Under the pieces are notes generated by a model. The model made no database searches and was not told the DNA's origin. It worked only from the letters and a program-made list of their open reading frames with translations. A DNA stretch of 56,301 nucleotides, counting the filler, from Gonapodya sp. JEL0774 (lineage: Eukaryota), in NCBI GenBank assembly GCA_027604505.1. It is 3 parts of 3 records of this genome, joined end to end, with 100 filler letters (N's around TTAATTAATTAA, not from the genome) between each part and the next. Parts side by side here need not be neighbours in the genome. Positions count along the whole stretch, not along the records: positions 19,062 to 37,870 come from JADIIX010000258.1; positions 37,971 to 56,301 come from JADIIX010000261.1; 1 more part is not named here. One strand, 5' to 3'. Position 1 is the first letter of the stretch; the number at the start of each line of letters is the position of its first letter. Position numbers and translations under genes: made by a program. Shown here piece after piece: positions 35,349 to 45,901 of the stretch.

Positions 35349-37826
35349 ATGGCTGCCGTGATGGGAGGGAGACGACAAACCGATTCAGTGGGACAACAAC
35401 ATGGGGGACGGGTGGAGAGGGGGGACAGACAAGCGGCAGTTGCCAAGTCAAGACAGTTTGACTATGTGTACGGTGAGTGGAGGGAGGGTGAGCGGGTGAG
35501 GGGGTGGGGTTNNNNNNNNNNCCCGCCTCGCCCCCCCTAAATCGTTTTAGCTTGGGGGTGCGGGGTGGTGGGGGTGGCCGGCGGTGTGGGGGTGGGGGGT
35601 GGGGGGGGGTGGGGGGGGGGGTTGGGGTGTGGAGGTGGGCAGGGCACATGAGAGAGAGAGAGAGTGTGTGTCTCATCATGGAGAGTGTCTCCCATCTGTG
35701 TCCCATCTGTGTCCCTCTGTACGCCACACGCCTTTCACCCCTCTGTCTCCCATCCCTCCCACTAACACACCCCATCCCTCCCATCCCCTGTCTCCCATCC
35801 CATCCCATCCCATCCCTACTCCCCCGCTCTCCCTCCCTCCCTCCCTACCTCCCTCCCTCCCATCCTTCCCATCCTTACCTACACCCACCACAAACCCCAC
35901 CACAAACCCCATTCCCTCCCACCCCACACCCCACACACTCCCCCATCCCCCTTCAGACCCCCTCTACACCGTCTCCTCCCTCTCCGACCACACTCACGCA
36001 CTCGCATCCGCGGTCGCTCCTTCACCCCTCCTCTCCCAAAACTTCAACAACCTCTTCTCCGTCCTCCCACACTTCCCACACGCCCACCTCGTACTCAAAC
36101 ACTCAATCTACTCCGCCATACCTCCCGGGCTCGGCTCGGACAGGTCCGTCCCCTACCTCCCTCCTCACGTCTCGGGCCAGAACAGGTACAAGTACTTTAG
36201 GAGACCCATACTGCCCTACATCCCAGGCTCTGGCCCTGGCGGCATCGCGGCTCACTCGGGCGCAGGCATCTCGGGCGTCGTATGGGCCAAAAAGTACGCA
36301 AACGGTAACAACAACAACATCAGCTCCTCCAATGGCCCTCTCTCCCCATCCTCCCACCGCACCTTTGGAACTCCCGCCACACCTTCCCACTCCCCAACCT
36401 CCGCCTTCTTTTCCTCCTCCTCCTCATCCTCAAAACACCCATCCTCCTCCTCCTCCTCTGATCGCCCCGCAACTCCTGGCGTACGCACCGTCGCAGTCCA
36501 GACCATGTACCGGTGAGTTCGGTTGCGACCACGTCCGAGTCGTGTTGTCGTGGTGGGTGGGTGCAGGCGGGGTGGCAAGGACGCAAAGCGTGAGACTGGA
36601 GAGTGGAGAGTGGGAAGGCCGAGAGTGGAGAGAGTGGAGAGTGGAGAGTGGAGAGTGGAGAGTGGAGAGTGGAGAGTGGAGAGAGGAGAGAGTGGAGAGT
36701 GGAGAGGGGAGAGTGAATGGCCGAGAGCCCAGACTAGAGCGGGGCACTCAAACCCCACAAGGTCCCACGCAACTCCTCTCCTCTCACTCCCTCCGTTCGC
36801 CCTTTCCCCACCCTCCACCCCCCCCCACCCCCCTCCCCCAGCGACTCCTTTGCCCAAACCGACCCGTACANNNNNNNNNNCCTCCGCCCCCCCCGAACTC
36901 CTCCACCTCCTCTCGCTCACCTCCGCCTCCTCCACCCTCCCGGCCACCCCGCTGACCCTGGCCGCCATCGACCGGGCCCGGGCCAAACGCGAGTGGGAAA
37001 AGACCTTGCCCGAGGTGCGGGCCGGGGACACGGCGGCGTTCGAGAAGAGGCTGCAGATGGTGGAGGAGATGGAGTGTAGGGAGTGGAGGGAGAGGGAGGA
37101 GGAGATTGGGAGGTGGGTTGGGTTGGGAGTGGCGGGGGAGGGCGGGGGCAAGGGGGGGTGGGTTTGGGCGGGGGCAAGGGGGTGGGTGTGGAAACGGCCG
37201 GGGAGAGAGGGAGAGGGGAGAGGGAGGGGTCGAGGGTGGAACGGGGTTGCAAAGGCGCGCGCTCGAATCACTTGGACCCCTCTTGCCACTCTCCCGTGTC
37301 ACCCTTTTCTCACCCTCACCCCCACCCCCCCAGACTCCAATCCGCCCGCCTGGCCCTCCTCGCCTCCCAACGCGCCGCCCAGTCCCAGGCCTCGTCCGCG
37401 TCCCAATCCGCCCGCCTGTCCTCCATCTGGTCCCGCAAACTCGCCGCGCACGCCCGTGCCGTCCACGATATCGACGCCCGGCGGGCCAAAGCCGTCCGCA
37501 AGCTGCTGAGAAGGAGGGAGGCCGTGGCCAGGGGGGTCGACGCGGCCGCAGAGGTGTGGGGCGGCGGTGCTGGGGCTGGGGCTGCGGGAAAGGCGGCCCC
37601 GGTGCGGACAGGTGCAGGTGCAGGTGGGGCGGGGGACAGGAGGGATATTATAAAGGAGTATGGGGACTACGGGAGTGGCGTGTATGTGCCGCGGGTGAGG
37701 GACGGGAGGACAAAGAAGAGCAAGTGGGAGGGGATCGAGGGGGCCACGGGTGTCGGAGTGGGCGGGGGATTGCAAGCCGCTTTGGGCATGGAGGGAATCG
37801 AGTGGAGTGTGGACGAGGTGGACTGT
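35349..37826 (+). CDS. CFAP91: Cilia- and flagella-associated protein 91 (MAATS1/FAP91); 3' end runs into the gap
   Basis: RQFDYVY|DPLYTVS, VSGQNRYKYFRRP, RTVAVQTMYR|DSFAQTDPY, PELLHLLSL, IDRARAKREWEKTLP, EEMECREWREREEEIGR|LQSARL and RRDIIKEYGDYGSGVYVPRVRDG match CFAP91 family motifs. The start is tentative. Confidence 0.85.
36597..36715 (+). repeat. (GAGAGTG)n heptamer minisatellite in CFAP91 intron 2
   Basis: More than 10 near-perfect GGAGAGT units are directly visible. Confidence 0.92.
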
Positions 37827-37870
37827 AAGTGTCCCAATGTCCCCCTCCGGCTACCCGTCTCGCTCCCCTC

Positions 37871-37970
37871 NNNNNNNNNNNNNNNNNNNNNNNNNNNNNN
37901 NNNNNNNNNNNNNNTTAATTAATTAANNNNNNNNNNNNNNNNNNNNNNNNNNNNNNNNNNNNNNNNNNNN
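37871..37970. other. Assembly gap with TTAATTAATTAA linker (artefact)
   Basis: N-run + TTAATTAATTAA (37915-37926) + N-run. Confidence 0.97.
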
Positions 37971-38106
37971 ACACTACATGGGAAAATGAGCTGCTTATAT
38001 GTGAAATCTGCTGAGTTCTGCTGTGGCCTGTTGACTCATCATGATTATGAAACACACCCCATTTTACCAAGGCTCCCAAATGTCCCATATACAAATAATT
38101 ATGGCA

Positions 38107-38874
38107 TTATGTCCAACACCATAGGAACTTCACAGTGGCCTGTGAAGGTAGTAGATTTTTGATGTAGGACACAGCAAGGACAAGTTCTGACCAACAAGAC
38201 AATGGAAGGTTTGCCATTGCCAAAGTACTCCTTGTGGGCTCAACAACAGTACGCATTGCTCGCTCTGCTGTTCCATTGTGCTGTGGTGTGTGTGGTGGGC
38301 TTGACTCATAATCAATTCCATTCTCATTCATCCACTTCTGCATTGCATTTGAATTCAGAATCTCTCCTGCATTGTCACTCCTCAGAACATTCAACACAAA
38401 TCCGCTGTATTGCTTCTCCATTCTCACTTTAAACTCTCTGATTTTCCACTGTGCTTCGTCTTTAGTTCTCATCAAGTGTGGTGTGATAACGTGTGAAGCT
38501 TCGTCCACAATCAACATCATATACCTTTCTCCTTTGAGACCTGCGACTCTTGCTGGACCCCAAATGTCCACATGAACACGCCCTCCTGGCATGGACGCTC
38601 TTCTTCTTTCTCGTTGCGAATAAGGCAACTGTGCTGCTTTTCCCACTTTGCATCCAAAACAAAACAACGAATGCTGCAAATTGTTCAATTTGACATCCTT
38701 CATCTGTCCTGTTCTCACAATCCTCTCCAGATCACGCTCATTGACATGCCCTAATCGGATATGAGCTAAAGCATGATGCATGTCTGCAGCAGTTTCAACA
38801 CTTAACACTTTTGCAGTGTACTCTGCAACATTCAACTTTGCTGTGACAGGCATCTTGTATAATCTCCCATTCAA
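38107..38874 (-). pseudogene. Copia GAG-pre-integrase plus integrase core fragment
   Basis: NGRLY, HIRLGHVN, VHVDIWGP, RYMMLIVDEAS, LRSDNAGE and PPHTPQHNGTAER (D,D,E triad intact). Confidence 0.92.
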
Positions 38875-40507
38875 AGAGTGCCCCCTGCAAATCTCCTTGC
38901 CATGCGCATCAACCAGAATAGCTATGCAAGTGGTAGTTTGTGGGCTGGAATGGGATCATGTGGGGCGGGTGGATGCGGAATGGTCCAAAGTAAATGATGC
39001 CTGTTTGACGGCTTTGTCGGCGCAGAAGCGACATCAGCAGACCCCCCGAATCAAGCATGCCTCTCGCGGCGATATCACCAACCACAGCCTCTACATCAGC
39101 TGTGTTATATCATAAATTCTCAGCGGGTGGTCACTATTTGACTGCTCCACGTTCAAGAGATGACCATCTGCAGTCTCATTAATGAGATCACTCTGGTGAC
39201 TCCAAACATTAGCAGTGTTGCAATGTAACGTTATTGCAGGTTCTAAATTCACTTCTAATTCGTTGATCTGACGTTGATCATTGTCCAGTACAACCAGAGT
39301 ACCACGTAGTTTTTTACTTGGAATCAATACAGAATTTGCGCCAGTTGCAGGACCAAGTTGGTTGGCAAAGTCACCAATCTGAGTAATGGAAAGTTGCACA
39401 ATGCGTTAGTATGCTTGCCATTTGCGAACAAGCAATCAGACTTGAGCTCCCAAGAGTAGTCACTTACCACTCGGTCAGAAGAGTGACCATTCAATGCATT
39501 CAATTTGGCTGCGTTATTGTTGCAGGGCACTTCAGGGTTCCACATAACCTAGTTTGACACAAACATCATATTAAAAATTTGCCCATAGCCTGGAAGCGGT
39601 CAACTTCCCATGATTGTTCCACTTATGTCAGTCAAACCAACGTTGGATGCGCTCCAAACATCTGGGAGGGAACTGTTCCCACTGACGGGTACAACTCCAT
39701 GCCTGGCAATGGCAAAGAGAAGTGGAATACATAAACTCTTGAGTAAACCCAGAAACAAATGTGAACCAAACAGAAATACAAAAGGCAAAGATGGCATTTA
39801 TTGTCATCGCTGACAATCTGCACATGCACTAATCAACTAGCAAACTCCTAGCTCTTTGGCCGTCAATATAGTTTCATGCCAGTGCACTCTTGTACAGTTG
39901 ATCACACCACACAAGCTAATACCACAGCATTAGACGTGCAGCCAACAATTTAAGTTGTTAGGTTTTCTGTTCTTGAGCCACCATTTCCCTTAGAGCACGC
40001 TCAGTTGGTTTTGCTTTTCCAACCTGGCGTTGTTTGTTTTGGTGGGAGCCTCAATCATATGAGCTCTGCACTCCACCTAGAATGCAGAAAATAGTGCTAA
40101 ACGTAGAAAACTCTACATCTACAAACTTTTGTTTCATAGCAGCTGGCCACTGCAAAGTTCACTTATCACAAACTCTGCAAGTGTGGCATCTCGGCGTATC
40201 TACTCATCTGGATCACGCATATTGATGATCTCTCTCAAGCTCAGAGCACTAAAAACAAGAGAACTGCAGTCTCATGCTTTTCAAGCTGCAAAATCTCCAT
40301 CATAGAGTTGGGAACATTCGCTTGAAGAACATGTTCACGGCACTCATAGTACCACATAAAAAGAAACGTCATTCAAAGCTCACTTGCACAAATTCAAACA
40401 TAAGCTATCACAAGCTTTGTCATTGAAGTTCTCATTCCATACAAAGTGTCCGATAAAAAGTTTGTCTGTAAAGAAAGTGTTTGCTCCACACTGCACCATT
40501 TGATCAC

Positions 40508-41588
40508 TCATGCTGTGGCATTGTTGTTTGACCCTTGACCACCATTTCCACCAGGGCCTCTCGCAGCTTTCTTTGCCAGATATTTCAATTGACTCTTAGA
40601 AGGGGGGCTGGAGCACATCTCCGCCAAGTGGTTCCTCCCAACACAATTAAAGCAAACTTTGACAAAAAAAGTCCCTGGGATTCCCAGCATTGTAATCCCC
40701 TCTGTTACCACCACTGTATCCAGCTTGATACCCTCCGCAGTATCCACCGCAATATCCACCACAATATCTGCCACGATATCTGCCACGACTGCTGAAGCCA
40801 CCGCGATCATAGAAGCTTCCCTGAGCGTGATAACCACCACAACCACGCATGAGTCCACCACCAGGGTGATTGTCACCTTGGCCACTATTGTCCATCTGCA
40901 TGTTGTGGAGTGCAGGTGTTTGCGGCGTCACTGGAGTCTGCACTTGTGGAGTAATCACTACCCCATCAACAACAGTCACATTTGCTGGCAACAATGGGCG
41001 TGGTGTATCACTTAGCGGCTTCAAATCCATAACTCGCGCTCTTGCTGTTAGGGCATTGAAACTTGCCAACGCGTTCTCTTGATCACACACACCAGCAAGT
41101 TGAGTAGCATTTGTGTTTCCAATGACATGAAGTAATGCTTCACGTTGCGCCATTTGTGCTGCACACTCGTGTTGAGTCTTTGATTCACGGCAAGCATAAG
41201 CCTCAATGCGAACAAAATTGTCATGCAGTGTAGTTATAACACCATTGATGGTTGCAGACGTTGCAGAGCCATTGGCATTTATAAAGTAGTGCCATTTCAT
41301 GTCACACATCAAGCTCAGAGTGTTGTCAGTCATGCTCTTTGTGACAATCAAGTTTGCAGCAAAAGCAAACAAGTCTTGCAGGTTTTGAATAAGCCAGTTA
41401 TGCAATCCAGTAACTGAGTACGGTCCCAGTGGAGCAGGCTGATGGCCTTGCAGAGCTGTCTGAGTTTGTGCTGGCAATAGTGGCAGGACTGCATTTTTGA
41501 CACGTGCAGTATTGATTTTGCCACTCTGCAAAGCTGCAAGACATACCACAACAACAGCGCGCATCCAGTCAAAGTAGTCTGACCCCAT
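40508..41588 (-). pseudogene. Copia gag fragment with RGG/GGY-rich tract and frameshifted CCHC knuckle
   Basis: ORF 40647-41588 ends in RGRYRGRYCGGYCGGYCGG. The CX2CX4HX4C knuckle lies in the overlapping frame (ORF 40508-40885), with the shift at the A7 run near 40664-40670. Confidence 0.75.
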
Positions 41589-42571
41589 CTCCTAGGGTTT
41601 TGCATTAAAATCCTTGCTGAAGCATTCATGACTATCGATGGTCCTGCTTTCAAGGCCATTGTCAAGACCATCATCAACCAACATCACGTAGGGTGCCAAT
41701 AGGAGGAAGCACATGGCTGCTCTCCGACCACACAGTTGTGACTGGCAACATTTGCAACCTTGGAAACGGTGCAGGTGCTGCTTGCATCTCAACTGCGGGA
41801 GTTGGGGCGTCTGCTACTGTCACTGCAGCATGGTTGTTCACTTGGCTAACTGCCTGGTTATTTCTGTTCTACTTGTCACGCATAGTAGGCAGAACATTGG
41901 TGCGGTGACGGAACGCAATACCACTGTAACCGAACCCAACTTGATGCTGCATATCAGCAATAGCAATCTGCATAGCCCTTATCATATCTTTTTGGCTACA
42001 ATTCTCGCGTTCTTATGCGGTCATATGTGCCATACCAACAGATGCAGATGAGCCAGCAGCACTCATAGTTCTTTGACAGACAAATTGACCGTTCGCAGCT
42101 TCATTTTCATCTAGCTCCATCTCGTCATTAGGGGCATTTTCGTTTTCATGCCTAGCACAGTTGCCGGCTTCGGCGAGCAAGTTTGCTCCCTTCCCCAAAG
42201 TCCTGTTCACTTAGACCATACTGGATATCATTGTTTTGGCCAACGTTTTCCAAAACAACATCAACAACAGGCACGTTGTCGCTGCCCAGTCCAGACATTT
42301 CGAACGTCGGTGAGTTTTAGCGGAGAGAGACAAAATCGAGAAAAAGAAAAGCAACGCAGAGGAGAGAACGTTGCAGAGAACAAAAAGGAACAAAGAAAAA
42401 CGTTGATGCTCGCGCTCAAATCGACGTGATTTGGGTGGGAGACAGCGGCAAAAAACGAAGTTTGCAGAAGAGACTGGAAGAAGATCCAGAGGACTGAGAG
42501 AACGTCACGGTCGTTCCCCCACTTGTAGAGGACTGCACGAGATGGATAGAAGGGACTGAAACGTAGGATGA

Positions 42572-42714
42572 TGTTTGAGGTGTAAAATGTATTCCTATCT
42601 AAGTGGCTAAACCCTTACACGCGGACCTGTTCCATCACAGTGCGGCAGTCTATTATACAAATATATAGTACACATATCGCTCACACACTCATACAACATC
42701 ACATATCTCCAACA
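42572..42714 (-). repeat. Candidate 5' LTR of the Copia element (143 bp)
   Basis: On the minus strand it begins TGTTGGAG and ends CTCAAACA (TG...CA; 7/8 inverted termini). It contains a TATATA/TATAATA tract and lies upstream of gag. No second LTR is available for confirmation. Confidence 0.6.
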
Positions 42715-43449
42715 GGCCTTGCCCAACCACTTGTTAAAATTAGTTTGAGATGGAGAGAGGCTCGGCAATGGCAATGTGGGCAGGATCACTCACATGTGCT
42801 AGAATCACACAAAATCCACTGGATCCAACTCCTGGTCATTAATCAACAAACACACTATCATGCTGTACTTTCACCTCAAGTCTCACACTCCGTTCTTAGA
42901 TCTGTCTTTTGGGACCCAAAGACGCATTCAGAAACTTGCTCATGTATGGATAGAGCTCGATGTCCAGGGACAGCCCATCCAATGTCCATCGTGTTCATCC
43001 ACAAAATGTTGTGCTCACATGCCAGCTCAGCACAATGTGGCAATGATTTGATCCATCTGTCTCCCCAATTGTCCCCCTGAAAATGTACCGAAATGTTGAA
43101 AGTGGGCGAAACTCTCCAAATACGGCACCGACACCAAAAGCACAAAAGTCGCGAAAAGAAGGTATCAAAAATTAAGCACTTGAATACAATTGCACGCTTT
43201 TGAATTAAAGATTGTTAGGGTGGACAGAAAGTCACGCCGCATAGTATTGATTTAATTGCTGTTTCGCAATTTTTCGTGGAGAAAAGTCGCGCTGAATGGG
43301 GTGATCAGCTTAGGTGACCGATTGCTGTCGCTTTCGAACAAAAGATCCCATTGCCATTGCCCGTCGGGCCGAGAGTTTTGATTCCGGTGTGGCACAGCCA
43401 TGATCCTTTTCACCCACACACCCCAACAGACCCACCAACTAACTTGAAG

Positions 43450-45648
43450 ATGAGCCTTAGTACGTTGAACGCGCGCATGTTTCAAGACCATTGTCAACCG
43501 CTCATTTTGCACCGCTGCTGATCCGCTCCATCGCCCCCTTTCTTCCCTTCCCGCCGTGTCGGAATCATTCTTATGGTGTTTGGGACTCTGTTTGCTATTG
43601 GCATTTGCACCCCGCAGACGCAACAGAGACAAAAATTGGAGAAAATGGGGAGGTGAAGGCCAGTGAGTTGGCTCGGGTTCGTTTTAGCTGGGTGGGAGGT
43701 TGTCGTTTCTGTGGTGCTACCCTTCTATCGTCACACCTATTGGCGGGGATCCGATCCACCACTTGACCCCCGCCCCACGACTTGCGGGACTCTGGTCTTA
43801 TAATCGTGCTCATTCCGGGGCCGCCCCCCCCCCGCGGGGCCGCCGCGCCCCGCCCCCCGCGGCGGGGCCGGGGGCGGGGCGGGGGGGGGGGCGCCGGCGC
43901 ACGGCCACCTGGGCGGGCGGGGNNNNNNNNNNCCCCACCTCTCCCACCCCCGTTCCACCTCGCCTAGTTCCGTTTGTAATGCCCCGCCCGCCCACCTTCA
44001 AGTCGTTCGAGGAGGAGCGGAAGCACAGGAAGCAGAGACTTGCTGCTGCGTTGAGGATTTTCGCAAAGTATGGGTACGATGAGGTGAGTCGGAGGGCCGT
44101 TCTCAGTCGGTGGCTGGCTGGCGGCTCGAATGGCAAACAGTTGTTGTTTGCGGTTGAACAGTGGTTGCTGCGAACGAACACTTCAATGGTGCATGACCAG
44201 TGGAGAACCAATCGTATTCACCTTCACGTCTACCTCGCGCCACTTCCCTCTCCATCACCACAAACCCCAGGGCGTCGCCGGCCACTTCACGGTCCGCGAC
44301 CCCGAACACCCGCACTGCTTCTGGGTGAACGCCTACGGCCAACACTTCTCCCTCATCAAAGCCTCCGACCTGATCCTCGTCAATGAATCGGGGGAGGTCG
44401 TGGTGGGCAACCGGCCCGTGAACGCTGCTGCATTCGCGATTCACTCTCAGATCCACAAGGCCCGCCCCGACGTGGTGGCGGCGGCGCATTCGCACAGTAT
44501 GTACGGGAAAACGTGGGCGAGTTTGGGGAGGAAGTTGGACCCGATCAGTCAGGATTCGTGTGCGTTTTATGAGGATCATGAGGTGTTTGAGGAGGTGAGT
44601 TGTGAGGGGTGCGTGGGGTGTATGGGGGATGTGCAAAGCACAACTGCACCTCACCTCATCTGCGCCCCATACCGTCCATATTCCTCATTTCTCCCACTTC
44701 CATCATTTTCTCCATTACCGCATTTTCCCCAATCCCCACCACCGCACACCCTTCTTCCACCTCCGCCCCCCAACAACCAACAACTCCAGTACGACGGCGT
44801 CGTCGTCGACACCGACCTCGGCGCCAAACTCTGTTCCAAACTCGGCACGCGCAAGGCCCTCGTCCTCCAGAACCACGGGTTCCTCACCGTGGGTAAGTCT
44901 GTGGATGAGTGCTGCTGGTGGTTCATGAGTATGGACAGGTCTGCGCAGAGTCAGTTGATGGCGGAGGCGGTGGGGAAGCCAAAGATGTGAGTTTTTGCTT
45001 TGGTTGGGGAGATGAATGGTGTGAAAACGGGACGAGGCGTAGGGCGATAAGGGGTAGATAAGGGTGCACTGGAGGGGATAAGTGTTATCTGGACCCGCGG
45101 GGAGAGAAACCAACGCACAGACTCAGGGATGCGCGCATGGACGTATCCACGCACTGTCATGCACAGTACCTACAGCACCGAGTATATGCGCAGGACGGAC
45201 AAACCTATGGACGGATGTGACGTACGGCAGTGATGCACGTCTGGGAACAGGAACCCGGACCACGTCGCACGGGTTCAACACGTAACCCGCTCTCCTTCCA
45301 CTTTTTGCGTTTCCTCTTTCTGTTTTGAGTGTTGATGTTCTCTAAACCTCCCGCCCTCCACATCCCCCCCTCCCCCCCCACCCACCCGAAACCCTCCTCA
45401 GTCTGAGCCACGAAATCGCTTCCCTGACGTGCTCCCAGGTTGGCACGACCATGGCCGGATGGTTCTCTGTGAGTACACGAGCACCCTGCTTCTTCGTTTC
45501 CGATTGGAGTATGACTGCTTACGGGGACAACACGACACACACTCTCTCCATGCTCGCTCACTCACTGTCTCTCGTAACAAACACACACACACAGTTCCAA
45601 CCGTACTACGATATGATCGTGAAGGAGCAGCCTGATTTGTTGGATTAG
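43450..45648 (+). CDS. Class II aldolase/adducin head-domain protein, multi-exon
   Basis: EERKHRKQRLAAALRIFAKYGYDE|GVAGHFTVRDPE, FWVNAYG, NAAAFAIHSQIHKARPDVVAAAHSHSMYG, LVLQNHGFLTVG and C-terminal FQPYYDMIVKEQPDLLD*. Zn-binding HxH...H present. Confidence 0.92.
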
Positions 45649-45901
45649 AGAGACCGAGAAACGGCCGGGGTCGAGGGGCCATTAGGAATGAGGAGTTGGG
45701 AAGTAGGGGGTAATTGCGGGATGTAGTAGGTCGTTTAGCCTAGTCTTTTTGCGCTTCAAAGAGATGCAGACTCCAATCCGGCATACGTTTGAGTTGGGTT
45801 GCAGGAATGTAATGTTACGTCTTCCCAACGCCACTCCGAACCTGTTCCCTGTTTCCAGCCTTTCAATCTGTTATCTGCTGACTTTGACATCCCCTTCAAT
45901 A

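Larger units (their letters stand above)
37971..42714 (-). mobile_element. Ty1/Copia LTR retrotransposon, degenerate; RT/RNase H half not visible (runs into the gap)
   Basis: Minus-strand order: candidate LTR, gag with zinc knuckle CFNCVGRNHLAEMC, decayed linker, GAG-pre-integrase HIRLGH...CFGCKVGK, then integrase core. Integrase directly after gag/protease is the Copia order. Multiple stops and frameshifts, and CpG depletion. Confidence 0.92.

Noticed and set aside
35068..37828. Many long overlapping Pro/Gly-rich ORFs on both strands (also around 19000-20700 and 43700-44000)
   Set aside because: By-products of stop-poor G/C-run introns and GC-rich exons; explained by the spliced CFAP91, sorting nexin and aldolase models.
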